Source: Podarcis erhardii | Taxonomy: Eukaryota | Direction: 5' to 3' (one strand) | Assembly (NCBI GenBank): GCA_964252035.1 | Contig: CAXUOO010000233.1 | DNA: 64,000 nt | In this document: piece by piece, positions 1 through 12,879 of the stretch | Layout: each line of letters opens with the position of its first letter | Position numbering within the stretch: the first letter of the stretch is position 1 | Notes under the pieces: generated by a model | Told to the model about the DNA's origin: nothing | Seen by the model: the letters and a program-made list of their open reading frames with translations, nothing else | Databases searched by the model: none | Made by a program: the position numbers and the translations under genes

Positions 1-719
1 CTCGATTTTAGAAGGCTTTGTACACATGAGACCACAACGTCCGGAATTTCTATATGCCAGACAAAAATACCGCCTGTAATGCAAAGGAATAAACTATTTC
101 CGTGCACGCAATTGATCATACTAAATTTTCTTACCGAAATAATTTGCTTCAGGAGATAATATTTGCATGCTTTTCCTGGTTCGCTGCTCTCAACTGCTCC
201 ATCTTAGATTATATAGATGGCTGGAGAAATGCACAGCGTCAAGTGTGTGCGAATATAAAAAAAATATGACAGAGTAGCTTTTTTTTTTCCAATGCGTAAG
301 GAATGAAGAGCAGAAGAGCATAGCGAGTAAGATCTGCGCGATGGTTTCAGCGCGCATACACGCAACGTTTTAGTCATTATCTAATCGTTCCAGCGTCTTT
401 GGGAAAAGCTGCCACTCACATATCGAGCACGTAGCAAAAGTGTAACGAAAGACTAGCTGGAATTTTTTATTTGGTACGCTTCATCTCCACCTATTTCCAC
501 TATGTCTGGTTCCACAAAGTGATGCCGAAATGACTTAACAGATTTTGAAGAAAATTGCGAATAAGTTGAAAGGCTAATTTTTAAAAAAAAGAAATAATCA
601 AATCATTGGCGAAACCTTCCTGATATCCATGAATCCGTTTTTGGTAACCCGTTGTGCTCTATTTACTGACAGAAGATTCTGGCACCTTACATTTATATAA
701 TCCCTCAGTCTTCTTCCAG

Positions 720-2820
720 GAACAAGTGCTTCAAAACGTAATATCTTCAGCGCACGTATTCACAAGCAGTAAACCAATATAATTCTATCGTCCAAATATT
801 GACTTATCTCACATAGACCTTTAATGCAATGTCCGCCACAGCTTGGTAATGAATTTAGCACTAACTATTACATTTGTAATGAAAAGCAGTTCTTTAGTAC
901 AACAGGCACCAGAAGGACAGCTGCCGAGAGAGATGCTACAGGAATTGATTGCTTTGATAAAGCAAACTCATTCAACTACTACCTATACAGGTATATTTTG
1001 CTCTGTTTATTCACAGCTAGTTACAATTAATTGTAGATTTTTACAGATAACGAATTAGGGCCCAGCCATAATTTGCTTACATGTAATCGCAGTCACTTTA
1101 CAACTAAGGTTCGTATCACGAGCGTGTGGCTGCCACGCGAAAGACCACGAAACGCGTACCTACCTCTTGTATTACAGACTAGCGAACGAAATCAACAACG
1201 TGTGAGGCATATTTTGAAATGCAAGTAACTGTCTGTACGGCGTTATTGCTGCAGCATAAGTGTAAAACACACGACAGCTCGCCTGTACACATATGTATAT
1301 ATATATATATTATATGCGTGCATATGGATACCAGAAAACAACAAATGAGCTCTCTTCATAGCATCAACCGTACATTGTGTGGAGAAATGAATTATGTTTG
1401 ACTGAAACATTGATCAGAATTAGTGTGGCTTGCTGCAACAACGTCGTAGTCAATCAAGAAAAAGACAACGTGGAAGACATATTGCAGCTTGACAACTAAA
1501 TAGAAAATTCCTTATATAAGTGCAAAAAAGCGGAGACGAGAATGTTCAATGAAAGTATCCTAGCACATAGTTGATATCCGATTAATTAGATCTGTCCGAC
1601 ACAGCCGCGTTAGCCATGATTGAAGTCAGTTTGAGTAAATTTACCCAACACAACAGTCTTATCACTTGTATATGCCTCGTTCTTGGCTATCTATACATGA
1701 ACTAGTCGCAAACAATGTCTTCTGCAACGCTTGCAAACAATACGCAATTCTAAGAGACTGTAATCTTTGCTAATTGAAATATCCACCATAGGGCTGAAAT
1801 CCTTAGAACATATATATATATATATATATATATCATTTTACAAAAGGTCAAAGGCTTCAATTTTACGATGGAAACAATATGTTTGCGTCACACTGTATCC
1901 ACTTGAGTAACCGAACGTGTCACCAATGACCTCAACAATGCATGCCTATATGCATGCGGGACGCACGCAGCTTCGTACCATGTTGTGTGTAAAGCACAAT
2001 CTAACCCGTAGTAAGCAGAAGGTGTCCAGATTCCTGAACATCGTGTCTACCTGCTGTTGCATTTCGAGCCGTTACGTCTTTTACGGGATATATTAACTTC
2101 AATACAGTACAGTATGGAAACGGATGGCGTTTTTTTTCCTTGTAAACCAGCAGGCGTTAGAAGATGAGCAATTGATTTCGGAATATGTTAAAAACATTCT
2201 TACCTGAGATGACTAAAGAATAAAACAGCAAATTCGATATCTAAAAAACGTAGCAGCCAAAAAATAAACTTCAGTCCTTAGGTCTTCCGTGCTTATTGAT
2301 ATGTCGCCAACAAGCGCATGTGTAATTGTATGCTGTTGGTGAAACAGCGTGAGCTATTGTCTCGGAAAAGAGCTATGCAAGCGAAGCCGTACACCACTCG
2401 GGGTTTCGATTGAGGAGGCTCGTCGACAGCTTGGAATGCACAGAATATGGAATCGTAGGGAAAAATGAGCGGTGTAGTGCCATTNNNNNNNNNNNNNNNN
2501 NNNNNNNNNNNNNNNNNNNNNNNNNNNNNNNNNNNNNNNNNNNNNNNNNNNNNNNNNNNNNNNNNNNNNNNNNNNNNNNNNNNNNNNNNNNNNNNNNNNN
2601 NNNNNNNNNNNNNNNNAATTAAAAGGGAAGCAACTCATTCAAATACAATGAAAGTGTTCGCCCGTTTGTATCTCTTTGTTCAACGCCCTCGATAGCACTC
2701 TTATCGGTGCGGATAACCCTCCTGCAATGGCAGGAATGCTTGGCAAAGAAAGAAGAAATATCTTCTTTTATATGATTTGCAGTGAAATAGAGTACCCTGA
2801 AGAATCGGCACCGTGGGTAT
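720..2820 (+). other. Possible fragmented or decayed multi-exon coding region of unknown identity
   Basis: Protein-like segments: 843-1010 (LVMNLALTITFVMKSS...QTHSTTTYT, followed by ACAG|GTAT); about 2020-2200 (GVQIPEHRVYLLLHFEPLRLLRDILTSIQ..., frame changes at a T8 run 2130-2137); 2676-2817 (FNALDSTLIGADNPP...EESAPW|GTAT). The pieces could not be joined into one ORF, no family was recognised, and an N gap intervenes. Confidence 0.2.
2485..2616. other. Assembly gap (132 N)
   Basis: Run of N directly in the sequence. Confidence 1.
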
Positions 2821-3100
2821 ATATATATATATACATACATACATATTCATGTACGCAAGCAAGTAAACGAAAGAGACGCATGGCTCTCCATTTATATCTG
2901 TGCAACGCCGTCGACAACACTGTCATTGGCGCCACCTTGTACAGTCCTCCAAAGGCAGAAAATGCCCCTCGGCAAAAAGCAAAAGAACAGACTTTTTATA
3001 TGCTTCGCAATCAATAGAAGGGTACAACCTTGCATAATTTTAGAAGATTTGTTGCATCTTCATACCATAAGTATTTTTTCGTAATTAGCATAGGATAAAC

Positions 3101-3245
3101 TAGGCCCCGTCAGGGGATTACATGATCTCATTTTCTGTTTTGCTCAGTACAAACTCACGCCGTTCCAGAAAATTAGGCCCCGTGAGGGGATTGCATGATC
3201 CCACATTCTGTTTTGCTAAGTAGAAGCTCACGCCGTTTCAGATGT
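3101..3245. repeat. Two-copy tandem repeat, period about 73 bp
   Basis: taggccccgtcaggggattacatgatctcattttctgttttgctcagtacaaactcacgccgttccaga at 3101, and taggccccgtgaggggattgcatgatcccacattctgttttgctaagtagaagctcacgccgtttcaga at 3174. Confidence 0.9.
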
Positions 3246-3540
3246 AGAGGGGACCGAATAGCTTCTTCAAAATGCGCGTGAGCACGAGCATCCTATTCTT
3301 CATCAGGTGAACAGTCACTCACAACCTGGCACAGGTTATTAAGTACCACATAGTCGTCCTTTCCGCATGTTCCAACTTTATCCTACTGCTGCTTACAAAT
3401 CATTCTCATGCTTTAAATATACACCTTTCCTGATAAGATCATGCAACATATATGAAAAAATGAGACGGTAACTGAAATACAGTTGGATGACGTTGTGACA
3501 GGTATCATTTACGCACACCGTTTGTGACCGTACGAAGCAG

Positions 3541-3740
3541 CGTTTACAAATTTCAACGTCGTTCCCCTCACGTGACACGTAATGATAGAAGCGTTTTTTT
3601 TCTCCGTTTACAAACCGCAACGTTTTGCCCCGCATGTGATAGGTGAAACTAGAAGCTTTTTCCTCAACGTTCACGACTCGCAACGTCTTGCTTCGCATGT
3701 GATTGGTAAAACTAAAAGCTTTTCTTCTACTTCGTAAACG
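3541..3740. repeat. Degenerate minisatellite, period about 63 bp, about 3 copies
   Basis: catgtgataggtgaaactagaagctttt and catgtgattggtaaaactaaaagctttt recur 63 bp apart, with a weaker third copy upstream. The minus-strand ORF 3393-3767 shows matching 21-aa repeats (AFSFTNHMRSKTLRVVNVEEK / ASSFTYHMRGKTLRFVNGEKK). Confidence 0.8.
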
Positions 3741-4839
3741 TGTAATAAGTAGATCACAGTGTATCAACTTTTCAATGAGTATTTACTTGCGCATATGAAC
3801 CAAGGGCGAATTGCAATGTGTGACTGAAAGCCTTTGGGACATTTTATCAACCTGTCGTATATCTCCGTTATTTGCAGTTGCGCGGTAACAACTACAGAAA
3901 TCAAGACAAGCTGTTGCATAGGCAATCAGGTTGCAATTATTGAAAAACCTGCAAAAATCCAGCCAGTTACTTCAAATGGACTTTTGTTTAAACCAATTGT
4001 CTTTTTCGGAAGCGTATTAGTACTTGTGGCTTACGACAGATTTGAGGCTAGGTAAAATCTTGCTTGCCTTCGTATTTCCGGTATGCGAAGTCGACTTGAT
4101 ATTCGAGGCAGCTCAGTCCAAAAGAACACTGAGGTGGCGCACTGACATCAGCGAGAAAACAATGAGAGTTTTACGTTTATTGACGCAAAGCACCTCTGAG
4201 CAGAGGTTTCAAGCTTGTCAAAGGTCTCATTACAAATAGCACGACGAAGAGATATTACGTGGCAATGTGGAGCGCAGCCACGGTTGTCCACTCTTTCTTG
4301 AAATCTTCTTATGGATTCTATTGACTTCCGTGGTATACTCTTTACTTCATCGATAAATTCGATAAACGCATGCAGAGCAGATGATGAGACGTTGAGAGTC
4401 AGTCTTATAAGATGCTTCTAGAAATGAGATAGCAAGAGGAAACGTATCGATACATATACTGTGCGGATGCAGCGAAGAAACCTATCAAATATTCTAGATC
4501 AACACGTCCATACTCAATTGTTTGCAGTGATGCAGCATGAGCAGCATCCGCTGCACAAAGTCAGTGTTTACTGCTGTAAAAAAAATCCCTGTCTCTCCAT
4601 CTTGGGTTTTTACAAACTAAACAGGGCGTTATCTGCAGCTTGGCGTCCTCCTGCATTCGTAAATCCAGTAACTGCTGCGATAGCAGCACCAAGAACAAGA
4701 GAGACTAACGGAGCACGAACCACGTAAAGTAATCGAAAGCAACTAACTATGCTGCAGCACCTTCATTCGACTTACTCTCATGGCTGTAGCAAAGCTGATT
4801 TGTCTTCTTTCAGTCAACAAAAAACACTACGCATACATA

Positions 4840-4879
4840 CATACGCGTTATACTTTGTCTACATTTTAAAGACTATTTA

Positions 4880-4935
<56 letters not shown>

Positions 4936-4979
4936 CCTGAAAGCATACGCGTTATACTTTGTCTACATTTTAAAGACTA
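4840..4979. repeat. Exact 36-bp direct repeat flanking a (TA)n microsatellite
   Basis: catacgcgttatactttgtctacattttaaagacta at 4840-4875 and 4944-4979, with (TA)n in between. Confidence 0.9.
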
Positions 4980-7900
4980 CGGACGCTCTAGCAAAGTCGT
5001 CTCTACGTCAACAAATGATTTGAGAAATACACAAACGCTGCTCAAACGCGAGCACATCTTCACTACAGTGGGTTTTACGGAAGTGAAAGGGCAACGCAGG
5101 ACTAAAAGGAGCAAACATAAAAAACTTTCGGCAGTCTTTGCAACATTTGTTTTGAAGTATTTGAGACACAGCAATACTCCCACTGTGAAAGTTCCCGGAA
5201 TCGAGCTGGTTCAGTAATCGACCGCTACAGCAAATCACGTGACCCAATGCACATCAGCATATATATATATATATATATATGTATACATTATTCATCGGTA
5301 TGTACATATATACACATACAAATATATGAATAGTTCACAGACACGCTCCACACACACATATTGAAAGGCGCGTAAGCGTGAGAATGTAAAAGCAAGCAAT
5401 TTTATAAATCATTATCGATATGGAACGCAGAGGAAGATGATCATCCTGCAAGTATGAATCAGTATTGAGATGCGAGAAAATATTTACGCTCACGTGCGCT
5501 TGTATACGTAATAATCAACGAAGGACACCTTAAATTCCTCGATATTAAACAGGTTTACTTCTAGAAAAAAAATTTCATAGCAATAAAACTAGCAAGCGTA
5601 TACGCGTTTTCGAAAATGTAGAAAAGATAGAATGGTCCCTAGAGCTTCCCATTTGAAAATTCAGAAGTACGTTAGACTGAAAAGCTGTAAGCTTTTATCA
5701 TAGAGAGTTGTAGCACGTAAGAATCTCAGCTGTTCAAGTTATCAGCGTTGTTCAGCACAGTTCACGACGGAACCTATTGTGCAGCACCACTTATGAAGAG
5801 CTCTCTTTGGCGAAAGACAGTTCACGAATGGAGGTCTGGAGAGTTCACTCCACTTTGTCGCCTCACACAACTCACATACCAAACTTGCGGCTAAATATAT
5901 AGCAGTTCTAATGCTTTCTTAGAGTAGAAAAAGCCAGCCTCTGTCGCGTGCAACGAACAGCGCTTTTATAATGAAACGATGACATACATCTAACTTTCGG
6001 TAGCTGTGTGGACTATGCACTATAAATAAAAAGTAGTAGCAACTTATTTATTTATTATTAAACATAAATAAGTTCAAAGGTCCATGTACCAGTAAGTCCA
6101 TCTTTTATGCCGGAATTTCTTATGTCCCTGGTGGAGACAATCGACTCGACTATGGCGTGTACAATTTTTTTATACATTTGATAGAATGAAGAAATTTTTC
6201 CTCAACTTCAAACGCCGTTTCATACCAATTTCCTCCGTACATTTAAGTTTCTCAACGCGAATTTCGAAATGGAAAAATGTTGCATCGTTCCTTCACACAT
6301 GTAGGAATGTCGTTACCTTGTGTTCGCGATTTGATATGCTTCACCACAACTGCTTGAGCGAGTCGCTATACATGTTTGGTTTTGAATGTGTTGCTGTGGT
6401 CCTTGATGGCTGCTTACAGCCACCTCACAAGTCAATGAATTTGCAGTGTCGATGACTTGAATACATAGACATCTTGAAGTCTGTTATAGTGATGTAATTT
6501 ATCCGCTACCTGATTGGTGTCAGTGTGATTAAAAGAAGCTATGTTTGAAAATTCCAGTCATATTCTTTTAGATTCATCTCATATGTCAAACTTATGGGCC
6601 ACGCTGCAACTCATACTTCCGCTGGAAGATCAGCGGAGTTTTCCACTTCAAGCTCATGTTTGCACGAACTGCCCCATTTTTATGCCTTATACTTAAAGCT
6701 TGTGAGTACTTCACATATTCGCGTCCGGAAATTTTAAGGTTACTGACACATGTGCGCTCCTTCAAACCCGAGTTTGACTATAATCAAATACTTCGATAGA
6801 TCCCATCAAGACGCGTTTTTTTAATAGAGCATGACTTCCGTAAATAACTGACAGAGATGTGGTACAAGTGTTCACAGATCTTGGTGTCTGTTTTACCCGA
6901 TAGTATGGCATACCCTATCACTTGGTAGAGAGCCAGGTAACGCGAACTCTGAAATTGAAAATCTTGGCTCTGCTCCCACGTTGGGCAATACCCTTGTTAA
7001 TTTGTCGAACCACGCAAGAGCCAGAAGTACTGCCATGACGTATAGCTCTTACAAGTTTAGTTGAGAGTCACTTCTAAATCAAAAACAGAATATTTAAACT
7101 GCTTTACACTCAGTCTCTCCATTCGTCTTCAACATGGACAAACCAATGCAAGAATAGGGCATAAGATTGTAATAATCAAATTTCATTGTAACATGACACT
7201 CATCTCTAGTACGCCTACACGGCATGAGTTTCGCTAGTCGATATAGTAGTAGATGTAATACAATTTTTGGGCCCACAAATGATGATCGGAACTTTGTACT
7301 GAAGCCAAGCGTTTGTCAAGCGGCCACCACTACAGTTTCGGAATACGCGAGTGTTATTGACGTACTGCGCGAAAACTGAATCGCTGTGACAGGGGTGCTG
7401 AGAACACAATCGAATAGCGCAAACGGTGTATTGAACTGGACATTCATTGATTAAAGTATCGCCGCGCATCTCAGAATAATATGAATTCTATCAAGGAAGT
7501 AGTCTTGGGAGAAGTAACCTGCTGCGGGGAAGTGACGATGCCGTAAAGGTGGAGGACTTATCACATCGTAAAGTGACGTTACATGTGACACTCGTAGGTT
7601 ATGCGTAATTTTTTTGCTACAAACTCATATATGCGCATCAGTATATTTTGTGGCATAATATCAGCGGTTTCATAATGCAGTTTGGGAACTAGCGAAAGAC
7701 AGTGACTGTCTTTGTAAGATCAGAAAACTAGAAAAAGTCATTTTGTTTTTAAATTACACGCTCTCTTTACTTCCCGTAGATGCCACATAGAATCAGTTCA
7801 GCCAAATTCTCGCGATGCAAGTGCCAGTGCGAAAAATACGCATGCAACATGCTAGTGCGAAAAGTTTGCACCTCATTCCCATTTTAAACTAATGCATTTC

Positions 7901-8499
7901 CCGTAAAATTTGAAGGTAGTTCTGAGAAATTAAAAAGCAACAGCTGGCAGAGTGTATACACCATGTGTTGAATAAGATAAAAACGCAAGTATTTTTTGGA
8001 CAGAGCATACAACTTCAATTCGGCGCTTTGCTTGCTCATCTCTGGTTTTCACAAACAAATCAGACAATACTTGATCGGTCTTTGAGAGAAGCATAAATGA
8101 GCGACGCGCCCTCAACACCTTATGGAACGCTGCACCCGTGAAAACTGGCAAACTCTGAATATTCCAGAGATAACGTACTGGCGCCTAACACCGAAATACG
8201 AATTGTCCTTGCCTCTGTTTTTCTTCCCTCAGGCACAATAGTCAAAAACAACTCCAGCTGACGACACTGTTAAAAGAACCCATTAAGGGAAAAAAACGGA
8301 ACAATAAACTAAATGGATTGAACAGTTGCTAGAGGAGGCTTAGGGTGGAAAGGGAAGGTATTTACGGGGCGCACTTGCAGCAGAAAGCCCCACCAGAACG
8401 AATGTACCACAGGTCATTGTTACATCTTTCACACATTCAGCAAATGAAGCAAGCGGACACGGCCTGTAAAGACCTAATTTAAACACATTGAAACTACGA

Positions 8500-11167
8500 G
8501 ACGTGCCTCTACTTGTCAATAGAAAAACTAGCATCGCCAAATGCAGCTGTGTACGGAAAATGATTTAAAAAAGATATCTGCACTTCACCCTCCTTTATCA
8601 AACTGGCGTCCAACTTCAGTAACTTGACATTTTCTTTATAACAAAAAATTGACCCTGCTTCATTACCCCACCAAAATTTGCAGAGCACTTTACACACTGA
8701 AAATCATCTACAGTACACGCAGGATACAGAAAGATTCACGCACAGCATGCCCGCTCAGAAAATATATCTATGATTATAGTGTGCACTGGTATGTCTTAAG
8801 ATTATTATTCTACAATTTTTTTACAAGAGTGCTGAGTAGTCTGTTTTATTACTCTACAATGTGTTTTAAACAAGTGCTGAGTAGTCTGGAAGCATGCGCG
8901 AAATATGGTAAGTTTCGTGCATTGGAAATCGAAAGTTTCTTCACAATTAGCTGCAAACTTTGCCGCAAAAATACCGCCCTCGCAGATGTCAAAGCAACTG
9001 CAGCAGTAATGATATAATGCCACCATCTCTCTTGAATCCTCTGTGGCATGTGCCGCATTGCGATCCAGACACCACTTCATAATACACAAGCCCTGTCGCT
9101 ACATATCATACACGACAACGTCAAATGGAACATAGGACTATTCGTGTCCTAACCGAACACGAATAATACCACAATGCTACGTTCATACTGGGTATGCTCG
9201 TAGACGCAACATGGGGTGCACTTTGTAAAACCAATGACTGGCCCCTATACAGCCACAACGATTAACCTGTATATATGGAGTTTGATGCTAAAGTAGGCGA
9301 GTCGATTACGACGGTGGTTCTACGATGAGAAACGCAGAGATATCTAGCTTCCGCGACGTAAATCATACATAAACAGGGAAAGAACACGTATAACATATGG
9401 CACGAGCTACACAGATGAGTCAACGACAACGTATGCACTGGGTTATCGCACCGGAGAAAACCAATGCGTCACATACGTCAGCCGTTTTTTTTTTTGACCA
9501 ACGATCTCATATCCTAAACAGAACTCCCCCCCATACGAGCTTGACAAGACACATATAGACCAGATATATACAAACGTTGTACTCACACCGAGACAATAGC
9601 AGACCACATCTAGATCTTTTAACCTATACAGTTTCATGTATGTTATCTATATATATAAGCCGTCGCACAATGGCTGTATTCAACGAGATTTTAGAAATTG
9701 GCGTCTCACTACCTCTGAGCATCACGTAGAATTCAACCTTTCTGTAAGCAGTGGGAACTGTCCAGATCTATGTAGTTTGAATAATTCTGAAACTGCATTC
9801 TTCGACTTCAAGAACAAATTGCTGCAAAGAAATTGAACCTTTTTAGTAAACTACTACAAACGTGTTTCAGGAGGTGCCGTTAAAGCTCGAAGGGTCTCAC
9901 TAACAATCGCTGAGTTTCAGCGCATGCTATTACAGAATCGCCACATGAATTCCGCATACTGGATATTGATGCACCATTCAGAACATTGTTCTGCCGTTAG
10001 AAAGTTTTATGTCTCATGTATATGCGGCGGATGCATTGCTTGGAAGAACATATATTCGTAGGTGCGGAAGCAATAATTCAGACTGGTCTTTCGCCCAAGG
10101 CAAGAAGTCCCTCGACGGCACTGCTGCTTCGGTCATTATTCGTCTCCCTTGCTCTTTTTGACGTGAGAAGTCGATGCGTATTTCAGCAGATCAATTCGAG
10201 TAAAATTCTACGATAAGGAACCGGGTTAGTGGGACCTTCACAGTATATTCCAACAGCTTTACAATCAAACCCGAGATGTACTGCGAGGCATGTGATGATG
10301 ATGTCTCTGGAAAAAGCAGCACATTATCTTCTTCTGACGCATAGTCGACAGTATCAGAGATTGAAACCGCAAACTGAGGTGCTAACAATTCGCGCTTGAA
10401 GCTTGTCAGACTCGATTAGGAGAGAAAGAATTGAGGAGTTTCGAAGTTGTTAGATGTGTCGGGATTTGAATTAACCGTCGTTCAGTTTGCGCAAATATGC
10501 AGTCTGCGTCCTAAACTTAGATGTTTATGAGAAGCGTACCCACCGCTACTGTTAAGATTCGACCACAGCAGAATTGCAGGACACGATCCTACCAGGTTTT
10601 TGTCTTATGCGGCTTGCGCGTCGACCCAGCGCAAGGTTTGTAATTTTCTCCGTCAAGCCAAAGTCATTTTTTGCAGTGCCGCTTGTGTCCTTCCTTCAGG
10701 TTTCAGTCGTTCTGTCGTCCCAAGGGCGTTCTAGTCGACCTTTCCCGGTACACACCTGAAAATTTGTGGCACCGCTGCCTTTAAACAAGGTGTTTGATCT
10801 GTGGTCAAGGCTTGCTCCTTGTGCGAAAGGTCTCTGATAGCCGCTTTTACTGCAACAGTTTCGCTGTCTTTTGGGTGTCGAGTGCGTGCGCGACAAAAAA
10901 AACCTGTAAACAGGCATACTTTGGTGTGAAAACATATTGCAATCTTACAGGACGTGGAGTAGCCAATTTGCTGGCTGCAACGAGGAAATTGACCATACCA
11001 AAGTTGTACTTCAATGCCTTCTCAGATGAGGTAACTCTTTTTCTTTTTCCGCAGTCTTCAAAAGTGAGTTTCTCCAGGTGACGGAAAGCTGACTCTGTAA
11101 GTACAGCACCAAGAGCGTGGGTCACAGCTGCACTGCTGGAAAATAATAAGAACGAGAGCAACTGCAC
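8500..11167 (-). pseudogene. Decayed inverted paralogue of the hypothetical gene at 29503-32463
   Basis: Collinear remnants: CLQVFFVAHALDTQKTAK (ORF 10847-11167) vs LLHGFFFVAHAVDTSKNDE; atgcggcttg...ttctccgtcaagcca (about 10596-10650) vs reverse complement of 30070-30125; APQFAVSISDT (about 10385) vs TPQSAASGADT; 9745-9890 vs 30900-31050; YKENVKLLKL...EGEVQ (about 8580-8640) vs STENVEFVKR...LEQVQ. Many stops and frameshifts. Confidence 0.8.
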
Positions 11168-12879
11168 GTAAGTGAGAGCCTCTATGCTTCAGACCTCGCA
11201 TCTAAGCAGAACTACACGGCAAAATGTTCCAACGAAGGCCTGAAGTTTGTACTTTTTCCGACAACTATGAAAAGTTTGAGTTCTAAGAGGAAGCTGCATT
11301 CAACACGGAGATTCAGCGCCATGTTCCACAGCAGGCAGAGCGCCATGAGGCGGCTTATGGCGAATTTTTGCATAATTCGCGAATATTCTTACACATAAAG
11401 CCATTCTTATTTCTTACTGAGCTGAATGAGCTTGTAAGAGCCACAAAAAGAATGACTTTTTCGCAGTGAAGTCTGGCACGAGGTAAAATACTTTTTGCAT
11501 GATGCCTTGAAGGCTCGATATATATGCGATGCGTGTTTACTCATGACAACGCTCACAAGGGGGGGGGTTGTGGGCTATGGCATTCTGAAACTGAAAAAGC
11601 AGCTGCTGACTTTGTATATCGACCACGGTTGCTGTTGCTGTTTTTGTTTCCGAGTAAATAGAGATTCCAGCTCAAACTGGAAAGAGTAGCTGACTTTGTC
11701 CTATTAGGTATACCATACTAACCAGAATATGCTTTGAATGTGGTGTGTACATACCCGTATGTTTCGGGCTCTGAGCATTTTTATGGCTGCTGCGCACCTC
11801 TCTGTGCATCTGCTGTTTAAAATTCGCTGCTGGTTCTGCTAGTGCATCTTGTTTTGTATTCTTGTGTCTGAAACAGAAGACTTGAGCGTGGGATTGCCCC
11901 TGTCTGGACGTTATCATTGTGTACACAGTCGGTGTATTTGCCCTCGTTTCAGTATATATGGCTCGTGTTTCATTTAACAGTAGCTATAGTTACTTGAATA
12001 CGGCATGGCTACCTGGACTCTCGTTACGTTACCTGCGTTGCATATGTGTATCTGCTCAAGAGATTTCTGAGGAGGCGTGTTCCGCCGGCCACAGATGAAT
12101 CAAAGAAAGTGTTAAAAACAGATATATGACTGTCCGACCGGATCCTGCATAATTACAAATAGTGCTACAAGGAGAAACCGCTGTGTAGTTGTCATAATAT
12201 ACTAGCAATGTGTGCGAGACCATCTTTGGGAAACTAGCAAATATTCCGTGTCAGACGAACATCTGCACATTTTTTGCTGGTGTGTGACTGGAAATCTGTG
12301 CGTTTGACGGTCTATGCTAGCGCTGATGGGAGTGCTTACTTGGCAGCTGTTCATTCAGCAAGTACCTACCTGCAAAAAATAGAAAACTTCGCTTAATAAA
12401 GCTCGTGTTTGCAGCTCAGCTGAATAAGCTTGTTATAAATTTTTACTAGTTTACTGGGAAGAGTAGCTGGCACTTGGTCGTTCGGATGGGACCCTCATTT
12501 GGCGTAGGCTTGATTGTACGTACCACGACATTTCAACTGCATTAGCGTGTGTAAATTCAGGCCGCCTAAACTTTCCCTCATCAAACATTTTTCTTCTCAA
12601 ATTAAGTCTTCTTCAAAAACGCGCATCTACTCATGTTTATTGTAGTGAATCTAAGACGTTAAGTTAATTGTCCAATTTCTCCTCTTCGGTGGTTTTACTT
12701 CTGTCCGTCTCTGAAGTGGGGGGGTAAATATTCTCTATCTATCCCTCTCTACCTTTCTCGCTCCCTCTCTGTCTATATATAGGCTTAAAAACTATATGTT
12801 TATCTGTATTCTTCACACATATGGTTCTGCTGTATAACATGCAAATTTGCACGAATCTATGCTATAAATTCTACCTAAA

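Noticed and set aside
3101-3740. CRISPR-like or tRNA-like interpretation of the short repeats
   Set aside because: Units are contiguous with no unique spacers, the context is eukaryotic, and no cloverleaf or T-loop consensus was found.
5300-8400. Possible decayed LTR retrotransposon or extension of the inverted duplication
   Set aside because: No RT, RNase H or integrase motifs, no LTR pair, and no convincing anchors to 32.5-36 kb were seen. A 13-bp match ggtggcgcactga (about 4134 vs 33520) is isolated and on the same strand.
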